Positions 20,347-29,683 of a DNA stretch of 64,000 nt are shown piece after piece. The notes under the pieces are model-generated. The model searched no databases. It saw only the letters and a program-made list of their open reading frames with translations, and was not told the DNA's origin. Within the stretch, counting starts at the first letter, position 1, and each line of letters starts with the position of its first letter. The position numbers and the translations under genes were made by a program. Location: IMG/VR virus record IMGVR_UViG_3300028805_003982. One strand, given 5' to 3'. This DNA comes from a virus (taxonomy: Duplodnaviria; Caudoviricetes).

Positions 20347-21527
20347 ACAGCTATTACGTAGAGTATTTCAGAGATATGCGGAGCATAACATCTGAAGAGC
20401 TCGGCGCATTAATGCGCGGTGAACAGATAACAGAGGAGAATAGACGTACCAATGCAGGGTATGCAAATTCGATCATCCGTGAGTATCCCAAGCTGGATAA
20501 CGACACGATCGAGAAGCTGGCAAAGGTGCTTGAGGTTTCACCTTTGTGGTTTACGTGTGCGCCTTGCCTTTTATCTATTGAGGACCTCCATTATTATCTG
20601 AAAACGGTTCCCGATGAGCAGGACCCTGAAGGCAGAGGCAATCTGAGCAACATTCTTATACCCGTGCAGGATAAAGACAGTGCGGTAGCTTTTAAGTTTG
20701 AGATCTCGAACGGTGATCTGGCGCAGGCTCTTGCAACATACCAGAACCAGAAGAAAGCTTTCTGGAACGGCAGTCTGACCCCTAATGAGTGGAATAACTG
20801 GAGGCTTGGTTGTCTTAAAAAGAGCCCTGAGTTCAAGGCTCAGAAAGGTCGTACGATGAGGGATTTCATCAATATGTATGATGATCTTACATTGACTCAG
20901 TGCGCTGAGAAGATGGTCGCTCACGAGAATTCGGAGAACAATGCAGCCTACAGCGCGATGATATCTGCCATGATGAAGCGTATCAATAACAGTGTTAAGG
21001 AAATGGGTCTTGATGAGGCAGCGGCTAAGGAGCTCGCAAACGAACGCATCATAGAAGAACAGTCCAAGCTCAAAGCTCCCGAAGCGGTTACTAAGCAGAA
21101 CATGCTCAGAAGAATGAGGAAGTATTTTAATGGGGTTGCAGAGCCGCCCAGAAGGTTTGCCAAGAACTTCTGCGACGAGTTTAAGGATTACGGAATGACC
21201 CTGGATCTCTGGCATTGTGACTTTTATTTTTCGAGCTGGGAGGATTTTTACAATCTTATAGTCGTTGCAGACATCATGGTGTGTCCTGTCGTTTTCAGCA
21301 ATGTCGACAAGAAGGCCTTTATCACCTTTGATAAGAAGATCTTTACTTCGGCTATTGCAATGCCTATCAGGAATATCGTTGCCAATGTAGACACTTATGA
21401 TGACAGCGATGATGACGAAGACGATGAAGATTCATACGAAAAGGATTATCGTGCCAGAATGATCTATGACGCCAAGGCGGCAAGAGCGGCGGGCGGTGAT
21501 CCCAGACGCGGCGGAGCGAGGGGCTGA
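20343..21527 (+). CDS. Hypothetical protein with N-terminal XRE-like HTH
   Basis: R..R.IT.EEL...IEKLAKVLEVS pattern; acidic C-terminal tract. Confidence 0.5.
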   Translation: MNSYYVEYFRDMRSITSEELGALMRGEQITEENRRTNAGYANSIIREYPKLDNDTIEKLAKVLEVSPLWFTCAPCLLSIEDLHYYLKTVPDEQDPEGRGNLSNILIPVQDKDSAVAFKFEISNGDLAQALATYQNQKKAFWNGSLTPNEWNNWRLGCLKKSPEFKAQKGRTMRDFINMYDDLTLTQCAEKMVAHENSENNAAYSAMISAMMKRINNSVKEMGLDEAAAKELANERIIEEQSKLKAPEAVTKQNMLRRMRKYFNGVAEPPRRFAKNFCDEFKDYGMTLDLWHCDFYFSSWEDFYNLIVVADIMVCPVVFSNVDKKAFITFDKKIFTSAIAMPIRNIVANVDTYDDSDDDEDDEDSYEKDYRARMIYDAKAARAAGGDPRRGGARG

Positions 21528-21955
21528 TGATTATGTGGATACGCATGAATGATAACTTTTACGATGTTAAGGTTAAGGTCACGACCTGCGAGAACGGCGG
21601 GCTTAATCTGGATTTGCATGAGAGGGGGACCGGCAGACTCATTTCCCGGCTCTCCAATAATTTTTGTGCGCTTGATAATCCCGGGTATTTTCTTCTGGAT
21701 TACAGTATAGCTTGGACTTTGACCGATATAGTGGAGTTTCTTTTTGATAACGACATCGCTATATATGCCGGGGCAAAAGTCGTGTCCAATACCGAAAGAG
21801 CCTACGTCTTCAGATGTAATCTCAGTCAGCTTTTGAAGTTTGACCGTGACGGTACAATGGCTTATATGGCCCGGCACCATATAGATAAGGCTCGACTTAC
21901 CCGGATAACGCGTGATTATTATGACGATCAGACCAATCTGGTGCTTGTAGTGTAA
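21527..21955 (+). CDS. DUF4313-like protein
   Basis: Weak resemblance (FL.DN.IA...G....F..NL..L...D.DG...Y) to the clostridial conjugative-element family. Confidence 0.4.
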   Translation: MIMWIRMNDNFYDVKVKVTTCENGGLNLDLHERGTGRLISRLSNNFCALDNPGYFLLDYSIAWTLTDIVEFLFDNDIAIYAGAKVVSNTERAYVFRCNLSQLLKFDRDGTMAYMARHHIDKARLTRITRDYYDDQTNLVLVV

Positions 21956-22023
21956 TATATTGAGGTCTAAATCTTAAAACCCCTGTCAAAATCTGTATAA
22001 AGAGATTTTAGGGGGTTTTTATT

Positions 22024-23085
22024 ATGCCTTACATTAAACCCAACAAAAAGAAGTATGAAGGGCCTTCTAAAGAAGACCGTCTGAAAGAGTTCGCTCAAAA
22101 GATGGCGGATATGGTGCTCGATAATCTTAAATCTCAGAACGCTGTGTATTCAGCCGGCTGGGAAGGTGGCGAGGACGGACTGCCGTTTAGCCTTATCAGA
22201 GGTACTAATTATTCCGGAACAAATATGTGGATGCTGCTTCTTACCGGCGCAGATGCAAAGTATTCAAGCAACGCATGGCTGACATTTAAAGATGCTCAGA
22301 ATGAAGGCGGTCACGTTAAGGCAGGAGAGCATGGTACATCCATTATGAGAGTTATCTGGAAGGACGAGATCGTCATTAAGAAGGACAAAGACGGCAATCC
22401 GGAGCTTGACGCAAAAGGCAAGCCCCAGATGGTAAGAGCGTCCAAATTCGGTGGTGTTAAGTTCTTTACCGTATTTAACTATGACCAGTGTGAGGGGTTG
22501 AAGCCATTGGAAGAATACAGCTCATATAAGGCAAGGAAGAGAAATCACCATATTCCGGAGGATTCTTACATGGCAGTTGCCGAAGAAATGTGTGATAACG
22601 CTTTCGTTCCTGTTGAGTGGCGCGGAGTTGAAGCATATTACAGACCTTCTAAGGATTTGGTAGTTCTTCCGGATAAAGACAGGTTCCTTTCGGGGTTCAG
22701 GTGTTTTGGTACAGCTGCCCACGAATTGTCGCACGCGTCTGGAGCAGAAAGCCGTCTTAACAGGGATCTTAAACACAGATTTGCTTCCTCGGCATACGCT
22801 TTTGAGGAGCTTATAGCAGAGTTTTCAGCGTCGATGCTCTGCGCAATGCTCGGTGGTTCCAAAGAGATCGAGGAGAGCTCGGTAGCTTATCTGACCAATT
22901 GGGCTGAAGTAATCAAGAAAGACCCGGCAGTGCTGATCTATGACGTATTGCCGCAGGCTACCAAAGCATGTGCATACGTCAGTGAACATTGCGATCTTGA
23001 AAAGATATTGGAAAAGCACGGATTCAACACGGAAACCGGCGTCGATGATACTGGAGTGGCAGAAGATTCCGGACATTCGTTGTAA
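22024..23085 (+). CDS. ardC: Antirestriction protein ArdC (ssDNA-binding domain plus zincin-like MPTase)
   Basis: Y.G.N, WLTF..A...GG.V.AGE.G, FTVFN..Q, AYY.P..D, HEL.H, RLNR and YA.EEL.AE motifs. Confidence 0.9.
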   Translation: MPYIKPNKKKYEGPSKEDRLKEFAQKMADMVLDNLKSQNAVYSAGWEGGEDGLPFSLIRGTNYSGTNMWMLLLTGADAKYSSNAWLTFKDAQNEGGHVKAGEHGTSIMRVIWKDEIVIKKDKDGNPELDAKGKPQMVRASKFGGVKFFTVFNYDQCEGLKPLEEYSSYKARKRNHHIPEDSYMAVAEEMCDNAFVPVEWRGVEAYYRPSKDLVVLPDKDRFLSGFRCFGTAAHELSHASGAESRLNRDLKHRFASSAYAFEELIAEFSASMLCAMLGGSKEIEESSVAYLTNWAEVIKKDPAVLIYDVLPQATKACAYVSEHCDLEKILEKHGFNTETGVDDTGVAEDSGHSL

Positions 23086-23102
23086 CTAAAGAGGAGGGGA
23101 GT

Positions 23103-23747
23103 ATGGACACTTTTAAAAACTACGGTGACAAGGATTTCTTTAATTACGGGATACTTGTATCGGAGCAGTCAGATTCGGAGTTCCGTATTCTGATGTGCAG
23201 GCCTTATGATGAAGTCAATCCGGACGATGGGCAGATCCATTATCAGTTTGCAGACATGACAGTCGATATTAATGATAACTGGATCAAAGAGGATCAGGTA
23301 GCAAAATACGCGGGCGTTGATAAATCAACTGATCCGATCCGCTTTGCCATTGCTTGTGTTGATTATTATGGCCCGGAAAACTTTGGTGCGGAAGGTTATT
23401 CATATCAGTATGATTGGCGTGACTGTACTAAAGAAGAGGTATTAAAGCAGCTTGGCGGATATACATTTGACTGGGACGGCATGACTTTTGAAGGGCTTCC
23501 GTATGATCTTACTGATCTTAGCGGAACGGAGTACGTCGAATGGCTTCCCGTTTTTGTTCAGGATGCTTTGGCTGATCTGGTGGATAAAGCGTGTGCCGCA
23601 GATCTGGTAAAAAGGGATGAGTGGCTCCAGGGATTGGGGGATCGTCATTTAGATGAACTGAATGAGATCGTTGACTGGAGAAGCTATACGGACCACATGA
23701 CTCTTAGTGGCATGAGAACAATGGATGCACATACTTTAGGTGAATAA
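23103..23747 (+). CDS. Acidic hypothetical protein
   Basis: GGAGGG RBS; very Asp-rich. Confidence 0.6.
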   Translation: MDTFKNYGDKDFFNYGILVSEQSDSEFRILMCRPYDEVNPDDGQIHYQFADMTVDINDNWIKEDQVAKYAGVDKSTDPIRFAIACVDYYGPENFGAEGYSYQYDWRDCTKEEVLKQLGGYTFDWDGMTFEGLPYDLTDLSGTEYVEWLPVFVQDALADLVDKACAADLVKRDEWLQGLGDRHLDELNEIVDWRSYTDHMTLSGMRTMDAHTLGE

Positions 23748-23759
23748 GGAGGAAAAAGT

Positions 23760-24221
23760 ATGAAACCTTTTATCTTTGATCTTGATAAAGACAAGTTTAG
23801 TCGCATGGAAGCGTATTTTGATCAGTCGTTGCATAAAACGGTAAAGCATTTATGCAATACTTTAACCAAGTTAGAACTTTGGAACAGGGCAGGCGTGATC
23901 AATAATCCCGGACAGAGGGCAATTATTAAGAACGAGATCTTTATTGAACTGACTCAGCTACAGAGTCTTGCGGAACGCTGCAGCACAACGGATATTCCCG
24001 CAGCAATGTATAATGTTCTTCAGTATTACAGAAAAGAGGTCGATAAGGCTCACAGATACATGAGCTTTGATAATCCTAAGTTTGCCATCGAATCTTTAAG
24101 AGAAGGCCTTTGGAGTGTTTGTTCGGCTATGGATTATCCTGATTTCCAGAATGCCAAGGATCATATATTGAAGCAGACACAGCAGGAATTGGATTCTGCT
24201 ATGACCATGCACGAGCTTTAA
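23760..24221 (+). CDS. Hypothetical protein
   Basis: AAGGAGG RBS. Confidence 0.6.
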   Translation: MKPFIFDLDKDKFSRMEAYFDQSLHKTVKHLCNTLTKLELWNRAGVINNPGQRAIIKNEIFIELTQLQSLAERCSTTDIPAAMYNVLQYYRKEVDKAHRYMSFDNPKFAIESLREGLWSVCSAMDYPDFQNAKDHILKQTQQELDSAMTMHEL

Positions 24222-24235
24222 GGAGGAAAGATCAA

Positions 24236-24634
24236 ATGATCAATGTTGTTGTCGGGAAATCTGACGCTTATGTCATGTCGCACTTTGGGTGCAAGTTTGT
24301 TGCAACGGCATATTTGGTGTCGGGCCCCGGTAAGGCACATGTAAAAGACAAAGCGTTCCTTAATACTAAGGATGAAATTGCTGATTGGGCATACAGTGTT
24401 AACGCAGATCACCTTAATTTTAATGACGACGTTCTAATTAAAGACATGATCGATGACACTGTACAGATCTTTAAAAAGCTTGATGATGAATCGGGTTTTG
24501 CATATGACCTTCCTGATTTTCTTGAAGCAGCCAAGCTCACTACTGACGATGCTTGGAATAAACTTATGCAGGTTTTGAAAGACAACGATTGTGAATTAAG
24601 ATCGGGCAGTTCCGTGGCTGATGAGGGGCTGTGA
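24236..24634 (+). CDS. Acidic hypothetical protein
   Basis: AAGGAGG RBS. Confidence 0.6.
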   Translation: MINVVVGKSDAYVMSHFGCKFVATAYLVSGPGKAHVKDKAFLNTKDEIADWAYSVNADHLNFNDDVLIKDMIDDTVQIFKKLDDESGFAYDLPDFLEAAKLTTDDAWNKLMQVLKDNDCELRSGSSVADEGL

Positions 24635-24706
24635 CATAAATAAGGAATACGATTTTTATTCGGGTTTGGACGATAATACACTTTAATGAAAACGGAGGGA
24701 GTGGTC

Positions 24707-25174
24707 ATGGATCTTAGCAGAGAGATACCTTGTTATAACAACATTGAAGAGGCCAGAGATAAATGGATCGGTCAGGACATAAGCAAATATGATTTTCTGG
24801 AATGCAATATAGCGGACACTCCAACCTTTTTGTGCTGTACGAATCTGGTGTACGAAGATGAGGTTTGGAATAAATGTGAAGAGATGCTTGAAAATGGCAG
24901 TCCGTACGATATTATGCCGCCTTTGTCTTTGATGTATTCTTGCTTTGACCTCGGATCTACCGCCGATGCATTCAGGGATTTTGAAGGTCCCCGAATGTCT
25001 GCGGAAACTGCCGAACGGTTGTGGACTGAGTTAAAAGAGGTGTTTGCGGATTATTCCAGCAACCCGGATAAAGACAGATTGGTGGATGCCGCATCAGCGT
25101 TCAGAGACATCGTTGTTGAAGCATTTGAAATATGCAGCGATCATAAACTTGAGTATTTGCTCGACAGTTATTAA
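24707..25174 (+). CDS. Acidic hypothetical protein
   Basis: GGAGGG RBS before ATG 24707. Confidence 0.6.
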   Translation: MDLSREIPCYNNIEEARDKWIGQDISKYDFLECNIADTPTFLCCTNLVYEDEVWNKCEEMLENGSPYDIMPPLSLMYSCFDLGSTADAFRDFEGPRMSAETAERLWTELKEVFADYSSNPDKDRLVDAASAFRDIVVEAFEICSDHKLEYLLDSY

Positions 25175-25192
25175 TGACAGAGGAGGGAAGAT

Positions 25193-25747
25193 ATGAACGG
25201 CGTTGATGAAACAATGGAACTTCAAAACGAACTTAACGCAAAGGTTGATCTTGGTTTGCCCGATCAGCAGCTTGAAGCTCTGTATTTTGCCAAGAATGCA
25301 GCACTGCATAATAGACTGTCTTGGGGGTACTGCAGCGATCTGGCGGAACGTATCATAGGACACTCGTCTAAGTTTACCCCCGAGAATTGGGATACTATGG
25401 CTGAAGCCGTTAAAGAGCTGGATTTCAAAGAGACGGCTGCTGAAACTGTAGGCGGAACCATTGCAGGTAATTGCACGTTAAGGGCTTTTAACGCAATCCT
25501 CGTGTGGGATATGTTCAAATATACCAATCTCCGCAAAAAGATCGAAGAAAAATGGTGTACTGAGAAAAACCTTATACTGATGCAGTCTGATCCGGAGTAC
25601 TTTGGACCTGCGATCCATTATACAAAGAAGATCTTTAAGGAGAAGCTTATGGATTGTGAATTGCCGGATCAGCTTGCCAAAGCAGATAATATGTCCAGGG
25701 GTGCCCGGGCATATGAAAGACGGTATGGTAAAGGACTTCATATCTGA
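25193..25747 (+). CDS. Hypothetical protein
   Basis: GGAGGG RBS. Confidence 0.6.
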   Translation: MNGVDETMELQNELNAKVDLGLPDQQLEALYFAKNAALHNRLSWGYCSDLAERIIGHSSKFTPENWDTMAEAVKELDFKETAAETVGGTIAGNCTLRAFNAILVWDMFKYTNLRKKIEEKWCTEKNLILMQSDPEYFGPAIHYTKKIFKEKLMDCELPDQLAKADNMSRGARAYERRYGKGLHI

Positions 25748-25812
25748 TTTGGTCAATTTTAGATAATCGCGGTTATACTATTTGTATAATAATTAGAAAA
25801 GGATGTAAAACT

Positions 25813-26316
25813 ATGGACTTTAATGATCTTTTTAAGAACGCAAATCTCCCGACGGCGGATGTAGTTACTAATTATAAGCAGTCTTTTGAGCAGCTTACCA
25901 AGGAATACACTGATCTGGACGCGCAGATCAGCAAGATGGAAGCGCGGCAGGAAGCCATCAAGGAGCAGCTTATGGCTGATATGCAGAAGTATGGATTAAA
26001 GAATGAAGAATCATCTACTTGTACTTTTAGCGTTTCGCCAGGAAAGACGACTCACAGTTGTTCCTTAAAAACTATCGAAGAAAAGGCACCAGATATTCTG
26101 GCGATGCTCCAGCAGAGACAGCTTATTACCGAGAAGGTCGGTAAGCCCAGTTTGTCTATTAAGATCAAAGGACCTGAAAAGACAAAAAAAACGCCGGCAA
26201 AGAATGCTCGTGCTATCAAACCGGCAGGGAATAGTACAGTTCCTTTGAATATACCCAGACCGATAGCACCCCCTACTGCGATCCCCGGTCTTGACACTCC
26301 GGTGGAATCTTTGTAA
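25813..26316 (+). CDS. Gp157/Gam-like coiled-coil protein
   Basis: Coiled coil followed by M...G.K...S...FS motif; Pro-rich tail; own promoter at about 25774. Confidence 0.4.
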   Translation: MDFNDLFKNANLPTADVVTNYKQSFEQLTKEYTDLDAQISKMEARQEAIKEQLMADMQKYGLKNEESSTCTFSVSPGKTTHSCSLKTIEEKAPDILAMLQQRQLITEKVGKPSLSIKIKGPEKTKKTPAKNARAIKPAGNSTVPLNIPRPIAPPTAIPGLDTPVESL

Positions 26317-26388
26317 TTGAACGGCGCAGGGGCTTCTTGAAAATTGTGATCGAATCCTCACCTCAATCCGAAAGTTGAAGGAAGCTGT

Positions 26389-27195
26389 ATGAGAATAGAT
26401 TATGGAGAAGTATTATTTGTAGGACAATGCAATCTAAAATGCTTTTATTGTTTAGGAAATGAAATGCATGAGTCTACTAAGTGCAATACACTTAATACTC
26501 ACTTTCAGGATTGGCCTAACTTTGCTAAATGGTTATATCATCTAAAAAATAATAATGTAGAAAAGATCTACCTTTCATCTACAAATAGTGAACCTCTTCT
26601 ATATACATACTTATCTGACTTAATTGATTTCTTACAAGAACTTGGCTTTAAGGTGGGTATTAGAACTAATGCTTCCTTAGATACAACTGTTTGTGATAAG
26701 TGTAAAGAAGAGATTTCTTTGTCATTACAGTCTCTTAATCCAGAAACATTCGAAAAAATCACTGGAACACCACTTACTTTTGATTTTATCAAACATCTTG
26801 ATCAGCTTACTAACAACAATGTACGTGTTAGTATAGTTGTTAATAGATACAATTATCTTGAGATATTTGATATGCTCAATAGACTTAAGAACTATGGTCT
26901 TAGATATGTACAGTTAAGACAGTGTTATAAGTACTATGAAACTGATATTCAGCCAGATATAGAAGCGTTTAATGATGTAGTAAGTAAGCTTAAATCATTT
27001 CCCATAAAAGGTAACTTCAATGAGTCAGTTATCTATGATGTAGATGGACTTCCGGTGTCTGTATGGGAAACTGTATTTAAGAAAGAAAGTATTAGTTCTT
27101 CTAATTACTGGACAAATGGTGTTATTACTGAAAACAATCTTTTAGTAGAAGGATATGAAGATGAACGTAAAGGAATTTTACAACAACAATTTTGA
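26389..27195 (+). CDS. Radical SAM protein
   Basis: CxxxCxxC (CNLKCFYC), EPLL and TNA motifs; AT-rich codon usage. Confidence 0.8.
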   Translation: MRIDYGEVLFVGQCNLKCFYCLGNEMHESTKCNTLNTHFQDWPNFAKWLYHLKNNNVEKIYLSSTNSEPLLYTYLSDLIDFLQELGFKVGIRTNASLDTTVCDKCKEEISLSLQSLNPETFEKITGTPLTFDFIKHLDQLTNNNVRVSIVVNRYNYLEIFDMLNRLKNYGLRYVQLRQCYKYYETDIQPDIEAFNDVVSKLKSFPIKGNFNESVIYDVDGLPVSVWETVFKKESISSSNYWTNGVITENNLLVEGYEDERKGILQQQF

Positions 27196-27913
27196 TGAAA
27201 GTACTCGTTTATCTGGAAATGATAATCGACATAAGGTAGAGTTATATAGAAAGAGATTTCTATACAAATATACTATTGCACGTGTTAAACCTAAGAAAAT
27301 AATTCAGATAGCATGTGGTACAGGAGTTCATACTGATTGGTTATGTGAAAATTATCCTGATATAGAGATCTATGCGTCTGATATTATTCCTAAGCACATA
27401 GAACAGTTGAATGATTATCCTAACCTTCATAAACAGGTTTGGGATTGTACTGGTAAACTCCCTGAAGAATATTGGAGTGGTGCAGATCTTGTTATAATTG
27501 AAGGTGCTTGGTATCATACTGAGCATAAAGATCGCGGCAAGATTATCAATAACATCAAAAAGATTAACCCTAAATGTGTTATTATAGATTGGTTATCAGC
27601 TTGGCATGACACTATGCAGAGACTTCTTCAGGATAAAGCTTTACCTGAAGATTTTGCTAAGTCTAGACCTGAATCACCATTTATATTTGAAACTGAATGG
27701 GATTTAGAGTTTATGATTAATGTATTTAATAATGTATATCTCTATCCCGTTGATATGGATCTGAGATTTGGTTTTAGAGACTTGAATGAAGTGGATGATG
27801 AAACATTCCAGAAATTTATCAATATGATGAATTTAACTGTTCAAGTATATGATTCAGACAATATTTATCTTATGAATGCTACTGAGCATGGTTGTTATAT
27901 TATATGGCCATAG
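27161..27913 (+). CDS. Class I SAM-dependent methyltransferase
   Basis: IIQIACGTG motif I, ASD, D.V...G..YH; overlaps the radical SAM gene. Confidence 0.75.
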   Translation: MNVKEFYNNNFDESTRLSGNDNRHKVELYRKRFLYKYTIARVKPKKIIQIACGTGVHTDWLCENYPDIEIYASDIIPKHIEQLNDYPNLHKQVWDCTGKLPEEYWSGADLVIIEGAWYHTEHKDRGKIINNIKKINPKCVIIDWLSAWHDTMQRLLQDKALPEDFAKSRPESPFIFETEWDLEFMINVFNNVYLYPVDMDLRFGFRDLNEVDDETFQKFINMMNLTVQVYDSDNIYLMNATEHGCYIIWP

Positions 27914-28346
27914 GAGATTTCATGTTAATTGATTATGATACACATCTATCAGAAACTTTTTGATAAAGCATATAACCAACTTGCAAAAACGATTTCGCCG
28001 CTGTGATGAGAAAAGTTCCAATCAGACTCAGCAAAAGAAGAAAACTCAGAACCCGCTTTGCTGCGGGTTTTGTTATTTGGGGGGCGTCGAGTAATAAATA
28101 CAAATAATGCAATTTATTGCACAAATAATACAAATATGACGAAAGACTATTTAATAATATAAGGAAATACAAAACCGCAAAGCCTCTGTTTGTCGGGGTT
28201 TGCGGGGAAATTAAACAGAAGGGAGGTGAAAATAGAAAATAAAAAGATATACAAAATAATACGTTTTTAAAAAAACGCTGTTATATTAAAGATAAGAAGT
28301 GTTTTCAGTCCCAGCCCGATAAGGGCATAAGAAATGAGGTGCGATT

Positions 28347-29069
28347 ATGAACAACAAGAAGATTACAGCAATCATATTAGCAGCTATGATGGCAGTTACG
28401 TCTGTAGCGGCACTGTCCGGCTGCGAAGTACATCAGTCTGTTCCCGAGCCTTCCGAGACATCTGTCACAGAGGCAACTGAGAGTTCTGATGTAACAGAGG
28501 CGACTTCCGAATCAGTTACTGATGTAACAGAAGAGTCGGTTATTACTTCAGAGACATCTGTTATGGTAACTGAAGAGACTGAAGCAACGACCGAAGCCAC
28601 AACGGAAGCTACTACCGTACAGACACAGTCTACCACAAGGGCAACGACAGCGCCTACGACCCGGGAGACGGAGAGAAGGGCAACGCCTACTCCCAAACCC
28701 ACAACGGCTCCTAAGCCCACTGAGCACCAGGCAACTTCTACGCCTAAGCCCACAACAGCACCCAAGCCCACATCAACTCCTAAGCCTACGGCAACTCCTA
28801 CGCCCAAGCCTACGAACACACCTACTCCTACTCCTAAGCCTCCCAGGCTCCATGCAACAGCAGACATATACTGGCAGGGATCTTTAATCGAAGACGATGA
28901 CGCCCTCGTTGAAGGTTGGGTTCGCAACGTAACGATTTATCGTAAGGACGAAGACAGCGCTTGGCACTATGATAATTCCATTGCGGACGAGATAGATGCT
29001 CAGAGAATTGCCGCAGGTGCCAGAAACTACAGCGCCGCAATCCGCAACATCCGTGACAAGAGACCTTAA
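28347..29069 (+). CDS. Lipoprotein with Thr/Glu- and Pro/Thr-rich repeats
   Basis: LSGC lipobox; repeated TPKPT. Confidence 0.75.
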   Translation: MNNKKITAIILAAMMAVTSVAALSGCEVHQSVPEPSETSVTEATESSDVTEATSESVTDVTEESVITSETSVMVTEETEATTEATTEATTVQTQSTTRATTAPTTRETERRATPTPKPTTAPKPTEHQATSTPKPTTAPKPTSTPKPTATPTPKPTNTPTPTPKPPRLHATADIYWQGSLIEDDDALVEGWVRNVTIYRKDEDSAWHYDNSIADEIDAQRIAAGARNYSAAIRNIRDKRP

Positions 29070-29099
29070 ACACTAACTACAGTCCGTTGATACAAACAG

Positions 29100-29126
29100 A
29101 AGAACCTCAGCAATGGGGTTCTTTTG
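29100..29126 (+). terminator. Intrinsic terminator
   Basis: AAGAACCTCA-gcaa-TGGGGTTCTTTTG. Confidence 0.7.
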
Positions 29127-29206
29127 TTGTAGACATATTTTAAATGTTTATTATTTTATACAATTCGTGGTATAATGTACATAATAATAAACATGGAGAC
29201 ATTGTT

Positions 29207-29512
29207 ATGAATAACAAAAAGCACATATTGATAATGCCCAAAACCTATCGTATTCTTAAGCAGGTCGGGGAGCAGATCAGACTCGCCCGGCTCCGTCGTA
29301 AGATCCCTGCCGGTCTGGTTGCTGAAAGAGCGGGTATCAGCCGTGCTACGGTATGGAAGATTGAGAAGGGTGATTCAACTGTTTCAATGGCAGCTTATGC
29401 AAAGGTTCTGGCTGCAATTGGTTTACAGAACGATCTTCTTCTGATCGCCAAGGACGATGAGCTGGGCAGGATCTTGCAGGATGCCGAATTAGATAAGCGT
29501 AAGAGAGACTGA
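29207..29512 (+). CDS. XRE-family HTH protein (HipB-like antitoxin)
   Basis: GEQIRLARLRR...VAERAGISRATV.KIEKG; GGAG RBS; TGGTATAAT promoter at about 29168. Confidence 0.8.
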   Translation: MNNKKHILIMPKTYRILKQVGEQIRLARLRRKIPAGLVAERAGISRATVWKIEKGDSTVSMAAYAKVLAAIGLQNDLLLIAKDDELGRILQDAELDKRKRD

Positions 29513-29683
29513 TGGAAGCTTTCCACCATATTATTTCTCCCCGCGGTGCGGACCTAGAGATTTCTAAGGCAAAAACTCCCGCGCTGTTTTGGTCTCCGCC
29601 GCCTAAAAAGCCTGAACAATCAGGCAATTGTTTATGCGAGTGTTATAATAAAGGTATAGTAGATTCACCAAAGGAGAGGTATT

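Noticed and set aside
28170-28207. CGCAAAGCCTC resembling a c-di-GMP-I riboswitch core
   Set aside because: The upstream GGCAAACC/GNRA P2 elements are absent; a simple hairpin explains it
28670-28845. Short tandem DNA repeats here and at about 59560-59700 and 60070-60310, suggestive of a CRISPR array or VNTR
   Set aside because: They are degenerate codon repeats encoding TPKPT linkers; there is no constant repeat with unique spacers and no cas genes
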